From NCBI GenBank assembly GCA_040285855.1, contig JAUFOQ010000016.1, positions 2,852,001-2,916,000 of the forward strand: 64,000 nucleotides of DNA. Reading direction: 5' to 3'. The notes beneath the pieces were generated by a model. That model was given only the letters and a program-made list of their open reading frames with translations. It was not told where the DNA came from and made no database searches. Below are positions 38,339-53,100 of the stretch, piece after piece. Position 1 is the first letter of the stretch; every line of letters begins with the position of its first letter. The position numbers and the translations under genes were made by a program. The stretch comes from Eukaryota sp. GEM-RC1. Taxonomy: Eukaryota.

Positions 38339-41300
38339 TGATGCTGTATGGAGTTAGTGGACATACAATGAATGAAATTAAGTTGGTTTATAATCTATGA
38401 TTCTCATACTATGATAATCTACACTACTTCTTCTCCTTCTTCGAACCAGTTCTTCTTCGAGTTCTCTTGGCTATGGGAGTCTTGTTAGGATTAGCTTTTG
38501 AGGATGATCTCTTTCTCTGGTCTATGCAAGGATTATTATTATTTTTCTTAAACGCCATAAATGCCTTAGTGTTTTTAATACTTGAAGTAGCAACTGCAGT
38601 GATATCTCCTCCATACCATAATACAGAACACATTGGACCTTCAGGTGAGTCGAATTGATCTAACACTTCAGTGATGACATGTTCTTCCTTATCACCAGCT
38701 GCAACTTGTTGATGGATGCCATGATCTGATGGGAGGTCAGAATGGTAGAGTTTGCATTGATGTACACTAGCTTGGGATTCAATGCCAGATACAAGGTTCT
38801 TGATTTTCAAGGATGATGATGAAAGGAGCTCGATGACCAGGAATGGGCCAGAGTGTTTGCCATGAAGCTTTGTAGCAGTCTTAGAGGATCTGAGGATCAT
38901 ATCGCCAATTTCAAATGGATTTGATTTATTGGACTTAGGGGTCTCTTTGACGATTGATTGCTACTTGCTGATTCTTGCCTTTCCCGGATTCTCTCGTTTT
39001 TCTTTGAAGGTCTTCGATAAAAGGGATACTTAAATTGGAAGCTTCGAGGGCTCTGAGTATGATACTAGGATCTGCCTTAGGCCCAAAAGAGGACCCAAAC
39101 ATTAGTTCATAAGGGGTGTGTTCAGTGTAACGATTCTTTGTTGCGTTTAGCTGGAGTTGTACGAAGGGAAGGTATTCGGTCCAGTTGTCGAATGTTCCAA
39201 AGTCGATTAGGAAACGTTGAAGATTTCTTAAGACATCGCGATGACGTCTCTCGACTAACCCGTTAGATTGAGAAAAGTGGGGGATGGATGTTGTGTTATC
39301 AATTGCCAGCAGTTGACAGACTGCGTTGAATGTTGCGTTAGCAAATTCAGGACCGTTGTCGCTGTGGATGGAATAGGGGATACCGAATATACCACATACG
39401 TTGAACACGAGTGCATATGCAACTTCTTTAGCGTTCAGTTCATTGATTGGGGCTAATATAGTGAATCTTGTGAAAGAATCTACAAATACTAGGATGTAAC
39501 GGTTACCTTCAGCGTCAGGGGATAATGGACCAATAGTGTCTACATTAACTTTGGCGAATGGTTTATCGGCCCAAAGTGATCCTGAGTGAGGGATTTGATC
39601 CCTTTTGACAGGGGATGTCTTTTGGCATGAGGGACAGCTCTTGATATGATTGACTAGATCGTCTTTCATGTTAGGCCACCAGTAGTCGCTGTCGTTAAGG
39701 TTTTTAACTGATGTTGCTATACTGGGATGACCAGATTGTACTAATCCATGGATGTTGAGCAAGGCGGATTTCCTGAGGGACAAGGGGATCAGGATTTTCT
39801 TGTCGTTGGTTAGATATAACTGTACTCTATCGTAGAATGTTGTGTTGTTGAAGAGGGGTTCGTTTGACTCAATCGCTTTGAATTGTTCGGAACGGATTCT
39901 GCTCAACCAATTGCTGAAGATTGGGAGATCTCTTTGTGCAACTTCACGGAGACTGTTAATTGAGGGGGAGATCGGTGTGATCAATTCTTGTAACGGCTAC
40001 TGGATCATCAGTAGGTTGTGCAGCGGATTTCTGGATGGGAGATTGGTGAGGACATAACCGTGAGAGCATGTCTGCCCAGTGGTTGTCAACTCCAGATGTG
40101 TGTACGATGTCGAATTGGTATTCTGAAAGTACGAAGAGCCATCTTTTAACCATTCTGTTCTTATCGGGACACGAAATGAGGTATGCTAGGTTCTTGTGAT
40201 CTGTGAAGATTGTAAGGTGCCTAGTCTTGAGGAAGTTAGCCAAGCTCGACTCAGTCAGGATGATGAGGATGGCGTAAAGCTCTTTCTGGATGGTCGCCCA
40301 GTTGAGCTGAGAATCGGACAGTATACGGCTGAAGAAACTAATAGGTTGAACCTTTCGTTTTATCAATGGTGTATCTGGTGGACTTGGAGAGATTTCGTTC
40401 CAGATGACACCTCCAACAGCAAGGTCAGAAGCGTCTGCGCTAATGAGGATGTTACTATTGGGGCCAGGAAGGTCGAGTGGTATTTGATGGACTATCAAAT
40501 TTTGATTGAATCAAAAGCTCGTTGGTGTTTGTGTTCCCATTTTACGCCTTTAGGTTTTCCTTTGGTCAGGGCGATAATTGGGGCTAACAATTGAGAGATT
40601 CCTGGTAACCAGTCTCTGATGTAGTTGATTGAACCTACGAGGCTTCTTACATCTTTTACTGTCTTGGGATTTGGAATTTCAAGGACAGCTTTGATTCTGA
40701 CATCATCGATTAATCTGGTTTTGTTGTGGAAGATACTGCCTAATATCTTGATTGGGTGTTTGTGGGTTACAAACTTGCACTTGTGGATGCCGAGGGTTAC
40801 TCTAGCGGATTGTGCTTTATTGAAAACTGCTCGAAGTCGAGTTATAAATTCATCGAACGCTGAAGCTATAACTATGATGTCATCTAGATAGATGAAGACT
40901 CCATCCATTGCGAAGATCTCTGTCATCAGGTTTTGAAAAATTGCTGGTACATTTTTCAGGCCGAATGGAGCTCTGGTGAACTTGATTGTTCTGCCAGGGA
41001 ATGTTAAAGCAGTTTTGTCCATATCTTTTGGAGCAACTTTGAGTTGCCAGAAGGCCTTGGGGAGATCGAGGGTTGCAATGAAGTTTGCTGCTGGTAAGAA
41101 TGTGATCACGTCAGCGATGTTGGGCAGGTCGGATGCTATCGGGACTGTTGAATCGTTAACACCTCCTGTTCCGCTGTAATCTCCAGTCAGACGTGGTTTC
41201 CTATGATCAGGGTATGTGACGAGTACTACAGGGCTTGAGAACTTAGATTGTGGGGATGACACGGCGAAACCTTGTTCGATAAGTTCGTCAAAGATGCCAT

Positions 41301-44300
41301 TGGCGATCTTTAGCTTCTCAGGATTGAAGTAGCGTGGTTTCCTTTTGACGACAGTTGATTCGTCGTGGAAGGGTATTTCCATTGGGGGACAATCTATTCC
41401 ATCAGGATGGGGAGTCGACTGAAATATGATCCTGAATTCTTCTAAGAGGGATGTGAGCTCTTCCTCTAGAAGTTGATTGTCTAGTTCGATTGTGCAACCG
41501 GATTCAACTGGATTGAATGATGTGGAATGATCGGTGTGTCTGGACCTCACTGGTGAGTGTGTGCTCATTAGGTGATCGAATTCCGATTCATCTTTCAAGA
41601 TGGTGTTATGTTCTTTATCTAGTCTAATGACTAGGCTGTCCTCTGTCAACAGCCCTAATTTGTTTAATAAATCGATTCCGATGAGCATTGTTTTATTACC
41701 GGTAACAATAGGGAAGGAGTGATCTATATAAACTAGGTTAGCTGCGCTATTGAGCTGGAACGCAAGAACACCTTTGGCTGTGCCTAAGGACGATGTACGG
41801 GTGCCATTTGCAGTGATGTAGGAGATTGTTTCCTGTGAGGTGTTCATCTTGCAGAGATCGACTAAGTCTTGAGTGATGACGGAGACTTGTGCGCCTGAAT
41901 CTATGGTTCCGGATATTGAAACATCGTTAACAGACATGTTCAGGGCAATGAATTTGTCTTGGTTGTTGCGAGTTATACTCATAATCCTGGCTGTATCGTT
42001 GAGGATTTCGCTGATAGGATTGTTGAGTGTGTGTGAGGTGTAAGAGCTTGGTGTCGAGGTTGTCGACAAAAATTCAAATAATTATCGTTTTTATTACGCT
42101 TTAAATCTACATTACCACTACCGGATCTGCGTTTTCTTTCTTCAAACTTACCAGCGTTTAAAGAGGATACTCTGCAGTTGGGATCGGGGCACATTTCGAC
42201 TGTATGGCCAGGCTCTTTGCAGTACTTACATACTGATTCAGATCCTGTGTCTCTGTGCTTGGGCTTTTGGCGATTCTTACCGGGACCTCTGGGACCTTTG
42301 AATTGTCCACGTTTATGAGATTTTTTTCGGGGGTTCCTATTTCTAACGTCTGAGTCACTGTCAGAGTCGAAGGAGGGACGGAAGTTCTTCAACTTGTTGT
42401 ATCGAGGGACACTCGAGTGATGGAGATAGGGGCACTTGACTCAGTGATTGGGGGAGTGGATGGACGAGTAGTGTCCAGGAATCTAGCATCTGAGATATAT
42501 TGGAATCTAATATTCTGACGCTGGATGTTCTGGCTGCACCAGTTCAAGTACCGGTCTTTCAGGTCCTTGAACACCTCGACTGTGCTGAGTTGAGCAAAGG
42601 AGGCTTTATCTTTGAAGAAGATCTTCGTGTCCGATCGGATGATTGGAATACCGATGTTGTGGGCAAAGTATTTTAATATGTCCCGGGCTTCGAAACAGTA
42701 CAACTGAGTGGTGTTCAGTTCAATCATGGTGGACATGTTTGCCACGATTGTGAAGCGGCGAAGGAAGTCATCCCAACGCTCTTTGTTGGAGCTCCATGAC
42801 TTGTCCCAGTCCATGCGGCATTCGGCAAGGGCGTTGTCTGCAATCTGGGGGGATTCAAATTGGGAGCTGATGATTATTCGTTCCCAGATTGCCCAGTTGC
42901 ATAAGGAGTTGGCGATGGTGCCATCAGATTTCCACGAGCTCAGGATGTGAGGGTCTACATGGAGTTGAATTCCTCTAATGTCGACGTTTAGCAGAAGGTC
43001 TCTGGCTAAATCGAGGCCATGACGGGGTTCGCCATAAGTGGTCTTGTTGATGGATAGTACATCCTCGAAAGGAGTGAACAGTTCATCTGCTGTGGTGGGT
43101 TCGGCAAGTTGTCTCCAGGCCAGTACTTGGTTTTCGAGTTCGAGCAGATGTTGGGATATATCAATGCTCTTACCGCGGGCTCTGGAATACCGGCGCCACT
43201 CTAGAGCGAAATTCAGGCATGAAAACTGGTCGGTTTTCTGCAAGTAAGGCGGTTTGAGCTTGGATTCTCGGCGGGTTTCGTTTTCGAGTTCAGCGAACTT
43301 TGCGTTTTCAGGGGTAGCTACGCCAGTGGCTGCATCCATGAAGGAACTGGGGAATCAGCTCCGAACTCAAACTTGGTATTGGTAAAAGCAGTAGGTACTG
43401 TTATACCAGGGAGTTTGCTCGTATCACTGGGCAAAGTGAAGATTAAGCCACCTTTGGGTTTGGTGGAGTTGGATATTACCTTAGGGGTCGCCATAGGTGA
43501 ATCTAAAGCCTTAGGTTGAGGGGTACTCAACTGCTTCATGACCGTTAACATCTCCATTCTGAGATCATTGTTCTCTTTCAGGAGTTGTTCCACGAGGGGA
43601 TTGGAATTCCCTGTGTCTTGAATTGGGATAGGCAGGGAATCGCTGCTGGGTGAAATGTCGTCTTTTGGGGGAGTCTTGTCTGGAGATGAAACATGGAGGG
43701 ACTGAGAGACAAGTCATCCTCTGAAGCTGACTTATTCTGTTCAGCCTGTTCTTTCCCAAGACGGATGAGTTCGGCGTTGATGTCACCATATCTTTCAATC
43801 AACAGCTTCGTGTGGAGTTCACGATTTTCACGGAGTTCTTTAGGGTTTAAAGCTATCCCTGTTCGATTGAAGTTTTGTCGTTTACATAACTCTTCTTGTT
43901 GGGATCAGGGGTTCTGATATCATCTGGGTCAGATGTTTTTATCCCATTTGGAAGATACGTTACTTTGAGCTTATTCTTCTTAGAAGAAGTCTTCTTCGAA
44001 GGGACACTCTTAGTTTTACGAACAGGAGGGACACTCTTGGGTTTACGAACAGGAGGGACACTCTTGTCGTTGAGTTTGGAAGATTTACGAGCAAGAGGGA
44101 TGCTCTTGTCGTCAGGACTGAGAAGGACATTCTCATCCTGTTTATCCTCGGAGAGAGGAATGATTGAAGGTTTACTTTCTTTTTCAGAAGGGGATACCTC
44201 CTTCCCAAGAGAAGTCTTCAGCATATTGATGCTGGGAAGAGATCCTGGATCTGAGGTGAGTTCCACGTCGGCGTTTTCAGCCAATACGTATTGATGCTGT

Positions 44301-44376
44301 ATGGAGTTAGTGGACATACAATGAATGAAATTAAGTTGGTTTATAATCTATGATTCTCATACTATGATAATCTACA
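38339..44376 (-). mobile_element. Ty3/Gypsy LTR retrotransposon, copy 2 (same insertion, segmentally duplicated)
   Basis: LTRs at 44292-44376 and 38339-38423; TSD CTAG (38335-38338, 44377-44380); flanks are the same as copy 1. Confidence 0.96.
38424..44317 (-). CDS. gag-pol: Gag-Pol polyprotein, copy 2 (several 1-bp homopolymer frameshifts)
   Basis: Fragments nearly identical to copy 1; intact CPSC and in-frame chromodomain-like tail. Confidence 0.88.
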
Positions 44377-44816
44377 CTAGGAACATTCAGCATGATGTAG
44401 TGTAATACTGAATGTGTCATCCACATGTGTACAGCCTTTTACTCAACACTGAAATCCTTTTAAGGACATTGGAAGGACCCCATCAAAAGCAAGTTCCCAA
44501 TTCACGTAGAATAAAGTGATTTTATTACTTGCATTGTATTAAAGTTGATTGTGATACCTAGTTATGATGTATAGTCAATTACAAGAGAAATTTGTTATGC
44601 CAGCTTACAATCTCATTATACAAAGTCAATTCTCAGAAAACACTGTTAGTAATGTTGTTCAAATACAGATAGTTTCTGCTGATGTGCAGAAATGTGTGTG
44701 TGTGTTAACCGGACCCATACGAACCGTAGAGGTTTGTGATTCAGATGAATATAACACTCTCATGTAATTAAACACCTAATCATTACATGTTACATACACC
44801 TTAAATGGTGTAGCCG

Positions 44817-47800
44817 GTGTTGAGCGTATCAAACTTGTCAGAATTGCGGAATGAATTTCAATCTCTTGTTCTTCTCTTGATGATGATATCGTTTCCAATT
44901 TCTCCCCTCAGAACACAGATAGCTTCCGCTTTGTTGAAAGACTTACAGATCGATAATAATTCCCCCCGTGAAATTTTTGGTTGCAAAGATTTCTTCTACG
45001 GCTTTATTCCATCATTTCTACACCGGCTATGTTAATTCATGTTCCGATTTCCTGATTGAGCATCCTGTCGCTCTGCTTAGTGATGACAAAGACGTCAAAG
45101 ATTCTTTTGGAAACGATCAAGATGGTGATGTTCCTTCTGGAATTGATCCTGTAGCAGCTGCTACTACAATTTCTCAACAAATTGTACAGTTCATTGCCCA
45201 ACTGCTTGAACCTGATGTCAAGGCTTCTCATTTGGAGTCTATTTATAGTAGTTTTAAAGAAGAAGAAATGTCTAATGAAATGGAAATTCTTTCCCTCCTT
45301 GATCCCTCTGGAAAACTTCAGAAAGATGTTCTGTTTAATATCAAATCATGGGTCAATCGTCACGTGTGGGATCCAATCATTGCCTGTTTCAAGAATTCGT
45401 CTGGATTATTTAGTTCAATCTTAGTTTCAACGTTCATTGTTGATAGAAGAATTACTTCTGTTCCAGAACTCTCTCCAGACTCTCTATTATCTGACTTTGG
45501 ATCTTACTCCAAGAAGTTGAGCTCAATGGTTGATTGCAGTCATTGCAATCGTACGTCACCGCCACTGTATTTACAAATCTTCCAACTTCTTAACAATGCG
45601 GATGACTTACTTTCAATTCTGAACAAACACTCTACTTTCACACCGGAAGAACTTTCCTCTAAGCTCTATGGTAACTTTGCCGCCTCTTATACTGTTAATA
45701 GCTCTGTCGCTCAGTTTTTCATCAGTATGTTGGATGATCCCAAATCTCTATGGAATTCTGTATTAAAGCCAATGTTTGATGATGGAAATGCTAACATGCG
45801 TCAGTTATTAAGAAATCTTCATGAATGGATGAACAAAAATTGTAACTCTCCTCAACGTGTTGCTGCAGATGTTAAGTCAATCAATCAATTAAAGAGTGCA
45901 ATCAAGGCGATTGACGAGTTGTTGGTCAGTGATGGTGATCAATCTGCATTGATTAATATCATTTCTAAGTGTAACTTCCAAGAAGGTATTTTACGTTTCA
46001 ATCTTGAGACCATTACTGTCAGACTGCAGCTTCCTACTGGAGAAGATAGTACAATTGATATCCCAGAAGAAGAGTTTCATAGAGCTAGAGCTGAAGGACT
46101 TCGTCTTAAAGTAGAATCTATTGATAATAACGAGGAACAAGTTGATCGAAAGTCTGGAGTTGATGATGAAAAAGAGATCAATTTTTAAATATATCTCAAC
46201 TAGTTGATGAAACACTTTTTATTTTGAGACAATTAGTTGATTGTGGTTTTCCCATCAAATCTAATGAGCCTGAACTTATTGTTATGATTGAAGAACATAA
46301 CTCTGGTATTCAACAACAAGTCGAGACTTTACGAGAATTACGTGATACTTGGATGTCTCTCTTGGAACAAGCTCAAAATGGCTGGTTTAGAGGCATGCAT
46401 CCAAAAGAAATTTCAAACTTTCTTTTGAATCGTCACGTGGCTGATATAGTAAGATATTTTGAATTCCCAAAATATTTTGCAAATAATTCAGCTCAATCTG
46501 GAATTGATGCCAGTTATTCTGTCAATGTTAAACTCGAGGAAATATTCAATTCTGCAGCTCCTGTTGTTGAAATTAAAGATCGATCAATCACGTATTTTCA
46601 ATCAGATTCTCTATCAAATCTTTTCACTGATGCTTTGAAAATAGCAGTTCATAGAGAGATTGAATTGAACATTCGAAATGTTTTAATTTGTAATTGGGAA
46701 ACTTCTTTCAGTTCTTTAGTTGCTGTTATGTCTGACTCACTAGTATCTGAACGATTAATTATTGGTTTTGATCAATTGAGATTTTCTGTTCGAGAGAAGT
46801 TCTATACTTATATGAAGGATAAGAACGACGACAATTTTAAAATTTCTGTCGTTGGGTCTGGTACTGATTTCCTTGACAATACTCACTCTGTACTTGGTAC
46901 CCTTCCTTCGGAAGTTGACTTGTCTTCAGTATTAGAAAGCTGTACTGTAGGTGCAATTTACACGTCAGCAGTACCTGGTCAAGGTAAAACTACAAGGTGT
47001 TTAAGAGAATGCGTTCCTGAAGGTTTGATTGAAACTCATACAAAAACATTTAATGTTTCGGGAAAAGTTAATATTTCTGAGTTTATTGAAAAATATCTTC
47101 GTGATGATAAGATTGATTGGACAAATCCTAATATTCATTTAGACATTCGAGAGCCTTTGGATGTTTTAAAAAGAACGTTCACTCGAGAACACTGGACAAC
47201 GTCATCCAATTTGACTTCCCAAGACTTCTACAATACTGCTTACATTTTGTTTTCATTGTCCTTTCTCTCAGGTCTTCGGCACAATGGTTCTATTTTTAGA
47301 CTTGAGGAAAAGATGTATATTGAGTTTGCTTCATATTCCAGAGCCAGTTTAACTCCATTTAATTGGTATAATTCTCTTATTGATTCTTTATATCCAAACA
47401 AAGATGATCTTGTCCATGAACTTACTTTTGATTTTGGCCATGTTAAATTCACTTCTGAAGAAATGAAAGCACACGTCGCTACAATTTCTCGTTTTCTTTC
47501 CACTCTTCTCAATTCTTCTGCTTCGTTAGAACCTCTTTTTACTAATACTTTTGCAGATCTACCTCCTCCTCATCAAAGTCAATGGTCATTTAGACTACTT
47601 ACAGATATTGTTTCTTTACTGGGATCACAATTGTACTATTTTGGTCAAGCTGTCGCCTTTTCTCCTGAGATTATGACTCTAAATGGGTACAGTGACAGTC
47701 AAACTGATGACATTCGCCGTGGTGGTATTGATCTAATATTTGGCTTTGCCCGTCAGACCGTTCTCATGTCAGTACCCACGATCAGTGCTCCTGATAGAGA

Positions 47801-48575
47801 TGAAGTTGTGGTTAATTGGAATGATATGAATCATGTTATGTTCATGTTAACTCGTGATTCTCCTTCAATTACAGTTCCAAGAGGAAGTACCGTTCCAAAT
47901 GCTCTCAAAACCTATATCGATATGAACACTTCTTCCAGGGATTCAGTCGAAATACCAGCCACTGATGAAGGAAAAATTTCAATAATTCGTTCGTTTACTT
48001 TTGACAGCTCTGTGCCACCTAAATTATGGAAAGAACGTTTCGGAAGCTACGCCCTTACTGGTGATGCTTATCTTAAACAATCCTTAATTGCTCTCAGATT
48101 TTCTGCTAATTTGCCTACCATTCTTCGAGGTGCTAGTGGTGTTGGAAAAACTCATTTACTGGAATGTTTAAGTTTTATTTTATTTTGGAATGAATCTGCT
48201 GAAAATCCTAATATATGGGAAGAATTGTTTGTTAACGTTACTGTAAATGCTGGTACAGAACTTCGCGAAGTAGAAGATACTATTAAAAGGGTCAACAATC
48301 TTGCCATACTACTTCCTCCTGAAAGTCCTCTCTTTCCGATTCTATTTTTAGATGAATGTAATGCTTCTGATTTCTTAGGACTCATGTCTTGTTTAATTAC
48401 CAACAGAAAACTTGGAACTCTAACTTTACATCCAAAAGTCCGTTTAGTAGCTGCTATCAATCCATATCAAAAAGGTGATGGTGATAAGCTTTTGTACAAT
48501 GTTCACCCAGAACCTTCATGTTTAATCCCTCTCATGATGGACTTTGGTAAGTTGTCTGAAAAGGATGAAACCTAA
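44817..48575 (+). pseudogene. RNF213: Truncated RNF213/mysterin-like dynein-type AAA+ ATPase (region through the second AAA module)
   Basis: SAVPGQGKT; YALTGDAYLK..IALRFSANLPTILRGASGVGKT; LFLDECN; VAAINPY; LLYNVHPEPSCLIPLMMDFGKLS (RNF213 signature VYRVHxLPxSLxxxVWDFGQL). The 46188/46224 break is one A-run indel. Homologue, not a demonstrated orthologue; the start is uncertain. Confidence 0.85.
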
Positions 48576-49274
48576 ATAGACTTGATTGATTATGACTTGC
48601 TATCATATATTCTTTACTAATAAACAAAATTGTATTCAATGTGTATAATTTATACATACAATTTAGTTAATTAACAGTGTAGGTTAGCAATACGTTTGAT
48701 TCTGACCTTTTGTTCGTTCTAATGTACGGCTTTTTTTGGTTCTTTAGGTTTAATCGTATTATGTTTGCGCATTACAAAACCTCTCCTAAGTACAACAGTT
48801 ACATTTGTTCTAAGTTGTAAAAGGACAATGACTGGTTTGATGTGGAATACTTGCCTTTATAAATTTTCAGAATTAGTTTTTGAAAAACGTACACGTAGTT
48901 TTGTGCTGATTTGCACGACATCTCTGAATGTTTATGTAGTAATCATCGCTGTCCAAGGTTTAGATATGTAAATAATAGCCCCAAATTCATTCAATTTCGT
49001 TCCTTCATAATATTGTCACAGATGTTACATTTGAATGATTGAATCTCATGGATTTTGTCATTTAGAACAGTATTCGGTGATTCAGTCTTGATTCAATTAA
49101 TAATTCGGATCGAGTTGACTTACATCTTCTCTTTATTAATTCCAGTCAAATAATTCTTGATGTTATAACATGAGATTTATGTGCTCAAAATTGTAGTAAC
49201 ATCACAAATGTAATCACTTGATTTTCAATAAAATGAAAAAAAGTAGGATGATAACTCAGAATACTCTTTTTCAG

Positions 49275-50085
49275 TCAAAGCAAAAACGTACTTACGACTA
49301 ACGGAATCAAATGCATTGTAGAATGGACAATAGAAGTTAAGTTATCATCATGAGAATTAAACAACAAAGATGATATCTTAATTCCAGATTGGAATGGAGA
49401 TAAAAAGCGACCTGATGTATCAACCACTCGATTAAAAACAATTGAAGCAAAGAAACGGGAGATTGATTGTCCAAAAGCAATTGGACGGATTCCATCAGAT
49501 TTAATTCCCCTGACCGGGTTTGACGAAACCAATGAGATGAGCATCAGTCCAGAAATTACCTTCAAACATACACTATGTTGAAAGTAGATCACAAGATCAT
49601 TTGTATCTCCAAAGACAAATTTTGGACTTTGTGGATATTGATGATTAGATGTAGGTACACTCTACTCAAGTGACTTTAGTGGACCTGGTAATAAAAACGG
49701 ATTTATCTGCGAAGAAAAACACACAACAAGAAAACAACAAATAAATAAAGATTATAAAAAACAGAGTATCAAACGAATTACCCAATTCCCAAAAATAGTG
49801 TACCACCAAACAACTTGGCCAAAATGGAATCAACAAATCTAAAAAAGACTAAAAAATCGAAACATCAATTTTACTCATCCAGTACGCGATGTTAAACTTC
49901 TTATCAAATTCTGAACACAAATTTTCAAGCAAATTTAAAAACTTCCTTAGTAGAAGAATCGAAAAAAGTGTTGGTTCACTTATAGAAACATCGAGGACAG
50001 AGTTATTCTCAATAAGACTATCAAGTCTACTATTACGTGTAGACGTAGTACTAATAGATGCTGTGTGTTGATGGATGAGGACCAC
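49275..50085 (-). mobile_element. CRE-like non-LTR fragments (RT domain piece plus a probable C-terminal piece)
   Basis: DGIRPIAFGQSISRFFAS...LSPFQSGIK (RT subdomains 1-2); KFNIAYWMSKI resembles the C-terminus of the relic at 31930. Confidence 0.65.
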
Positions 50086-50170
50086 ATGTCGTTAGTAAAA
50101 ATGATCCTTTCTTCGCTTTATACTATAGTACTTCAATCATTAGTAACTCATTCCTATTCTTGATCTATCA

Positions 50171-53100
50171 ATGGATTGTGTTGTTTGTTATGACTCCATT
50201 ATTGATTTGTAGTGAAGGACACACCGCATGTGCTCAATGCTCAGCTGCATTGGACATCTGTCCTGTCTGCCGTAGTCAATCTCTCAGCGTAACAAAACCT
50301 AATTTTGCTCTACAAGATCTCATCCGATCTTCTCGTAATGGCGATCTTTGTCCTCAAATTCCCTCCGATCACATACTTCTCGGAACTAAAATAGCTGAAG
50401 GTGGTTTTGCTGTCGTCTACGCTGCTGAATGGTCCGATCTCCCTGTCGCTGTAAAGATGGTTGAACTTACAGATGTAGGAAAACTCCAACTCCAAAAAGA
50501 AATGAATCTGCTCTACAACCTGAATCATCCCTCTATTATACGTGTCTATGGCATCTCCTTCTTCAATGATTCCATTGGTATCGTGATGGAAAGAGCTTCT
50601 TCTTCCCTCCCCCTTCCCAAGTTCTCTTTCTCCAGTAACACTTAGATACGCTAAAGAGCTTTGCCAGGGTGTGAAGTTTCTCCACCTGAAGTCTGTTGTA
50701 CATGGTGACTTGGAAACCAGGTAATATACTTCTAGTGGATGGTCACGTTAAAGTTGCTGATTTTGGTACCTCCAAAACTGTTTCTACTACCACTACCATG
50801 GTAACAAAGACACATGCCGTAACTCCGAAATACGCTGCTTCTGAACAATTTGATGATTCTCCTGGTCCTTTTAGTGACATTTATTCACTTGGATTAGTTA
50901 TGTATGAAATTTTGTCTGGAAAAGAAGCTTTTGAAGGGTATTCGGTTAATCAAATTATTGGTGCTAAATTTCGAGACAAACCATTACATTTTGATTCTTC
51001 AGTACCTGATTGTTTAAAGGATTTAATTTCAAAATGTTTGAATTCTGATCCCATGATACGACCAACAATCAGTGAAATTACTGAGATTATTAAAAATGTG
51101 AATGTTTCTGATTGTGATGATAATGAAGCTGTTGTAGCTCCAAATCTGCAATTATCAGATGAAATATCCTCACTGAAAAGTCAAGTTACTGACTTAAAAA
51201 AAGAAAATGTTGATCTTTTACAATCGAATGATCAAAATATTGTGAATTTAAACTCACAGTTTACCAACAAAGAGAATTCTCTTAATGAAACTATCTCTCT
51301 TTTGACAAATCAAAACAATGTTTTAAAGGAGAAAGTCCATGATGCCGAGAATCAACTTACAAACTATAAGTCCTGTATACAATCTACTGTAAAGTCTTTG
51401 AGTGTACCATCAAATACTCCAGTCTTTGACCTTCAATCAACGACAGCTCTGGGTTTCCAGCTCATTAATTCTCTTTCTCCTACACCTCAAGCCAAAGAAG
51501 CTGTGTTATCTCATCTTTCTTTAGAGATTGAGGATAGTTCTTTAGGTAGAATATGTACTTCTTGGTTAAAGTTAGCATATATTCTTTATTGTCCTGAAGA
51601 ACTTGCTTCTGAGAATTTAATTACTAGTAAGCAAGGTGTTTTAGACACTATTAAATTCTTCTTGAAAGATCCAACACCTCATCGCTTACGTGTCATTGGA
51701 GCTCTATGTGATCATTTTGATCCTGAGTTGTTGTTACAGTCTAATCTTTTTGAGCTTGTTAGTGATCCTTCTGTTATTGGTGATGTTGCTCCATTAATTT
51801 TTCAAAAATTGTTTGAAAAATTGAAATCTGATTCTGCCCATACACAGTTATTACCATTCATTGAAGCAACATCACCAATTCTTGATCTGATTTTCTTAAT
51901 TTATATTTATTCTGAATCTTTTCCATGGTTTTTGGCTTCTTTGTCACAGTCTTTTGTTTCATCTCTACCTAAACTTGGATTACAATTACCAACTCTGTCT
52001 GAAGTACTGGCTAAGTTAGGTAAAGCCTCACAACTAACTCTAATTACTCTTTATAGTAAGTTATTTTCTATTTTGGTTGCAGATCTTATTGACCAAAACC
52101 AACCAATTCCTATCGAAGTGTTGATATTCTCACTTGACCAATCAGTACGAACAAAATCACATTTGATTGGAGTAAAGACTTTCCTTATTCGTTTACTTTT
52201 ATCACGTGGAACTGAGGGTGAAGCAATGGAAGCTCTTTCTTGTTTAATCAAGGATTCAGATGGAACTACCAGTCAAAAACAGGAGTTACTTGCCCCATTG
52301 AACTTGAATGATGACGATTTTAATGGTTTAGCAAATGATACTGACTATAAGAATAATCCTGCAATCATTGAAGAAGTCCAAAGACTTCAAAGCGGAGCTA
52401 TTGACCTATCTAAAATCACTGGGCATAAGGTTTCTGCTATTTTAATTTCTAAGAATATGAATATACCAGAATCAAATTTTAAACACATTTTCAATGTTTT
52501 TGATAATTCCCTTGCCTGTTTACTGCCAGTTGGAGAAATTTTAAATTCTGATTCTTGTCAGGCATTTACCACTGCGTCTATTGAAGCTGCTTATATTCCT
52601 TTCAATTTTCCAAATAGTTGTTTTTCAAGAATTGATTTAAATATGAATAAGAGTTTCCTACACATCTATTACTGTTTAACTTGTGGTTATTCTGCTGTTG
52701 TTAGTAATTGTGGAAGTTCAGGAGTTCACGCCTTTGGTAGAGGTTCTGATGTTTGGTTAGGGTCAAGTGAACATAAGTGTCCAAAATGTTCTGCTGTCAA
52801 TTGGTCAACATGTAATTCTTCATGCGAAGTTCCTTTCAAACACTTTTCATCCAATCCTCAATGGCAACCTGGACTACAACCTGGTTGTTACGATGTATTT
52901 GTTATTATACATTTAGAACCTTGTATGAAGGGTTTATTCCGCTATTCAAATCGAAGATCTTGGTTACTTGGATCAAGTATCTTTTTGTACATGGTCTTAG
53001 CTCGTGCTTGTGTTACTAATAGTATTGCAGACCAGTATGCTAGAATGTATGACGTTGAACATGGATTGGCTCAACTTCGTGATACATTAATTGAATGTTT

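Noticed and set aside
38339..44376. Independent second retrotransposon insertion
   Set aside because: Same TSD and same flanks as copy 1; it is a duplicated single insertion.
1..45619. Fold-back chimera, breakage-fusion-bridge palindrome or giant TIR element
   Set aside because: The reciprocal junctions explain both palindromes as one inversion in a direct array, and the arms carry real substitutions.
48573..48575. Stop-codon reassignment (TAA where Tyr is expected)
   Set aside because: Homology ends within a few codons, and long ORFs elsewhere contain no in-frame TAA or TAG. The standard code fits.
50600..50625. Frameshift at the same C/T tract in most kinase copies (also near 21750, 34030, 55480, 62480), suggesting programmed frameshifting or a micro-intron
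   Set aside because: The C-run length varies among copies (in frame at ~11605), there is no GT-AG pair, and the whole window is full of homopolymer indels. Systematic base-calling error is more likely. Short reads would settle it.
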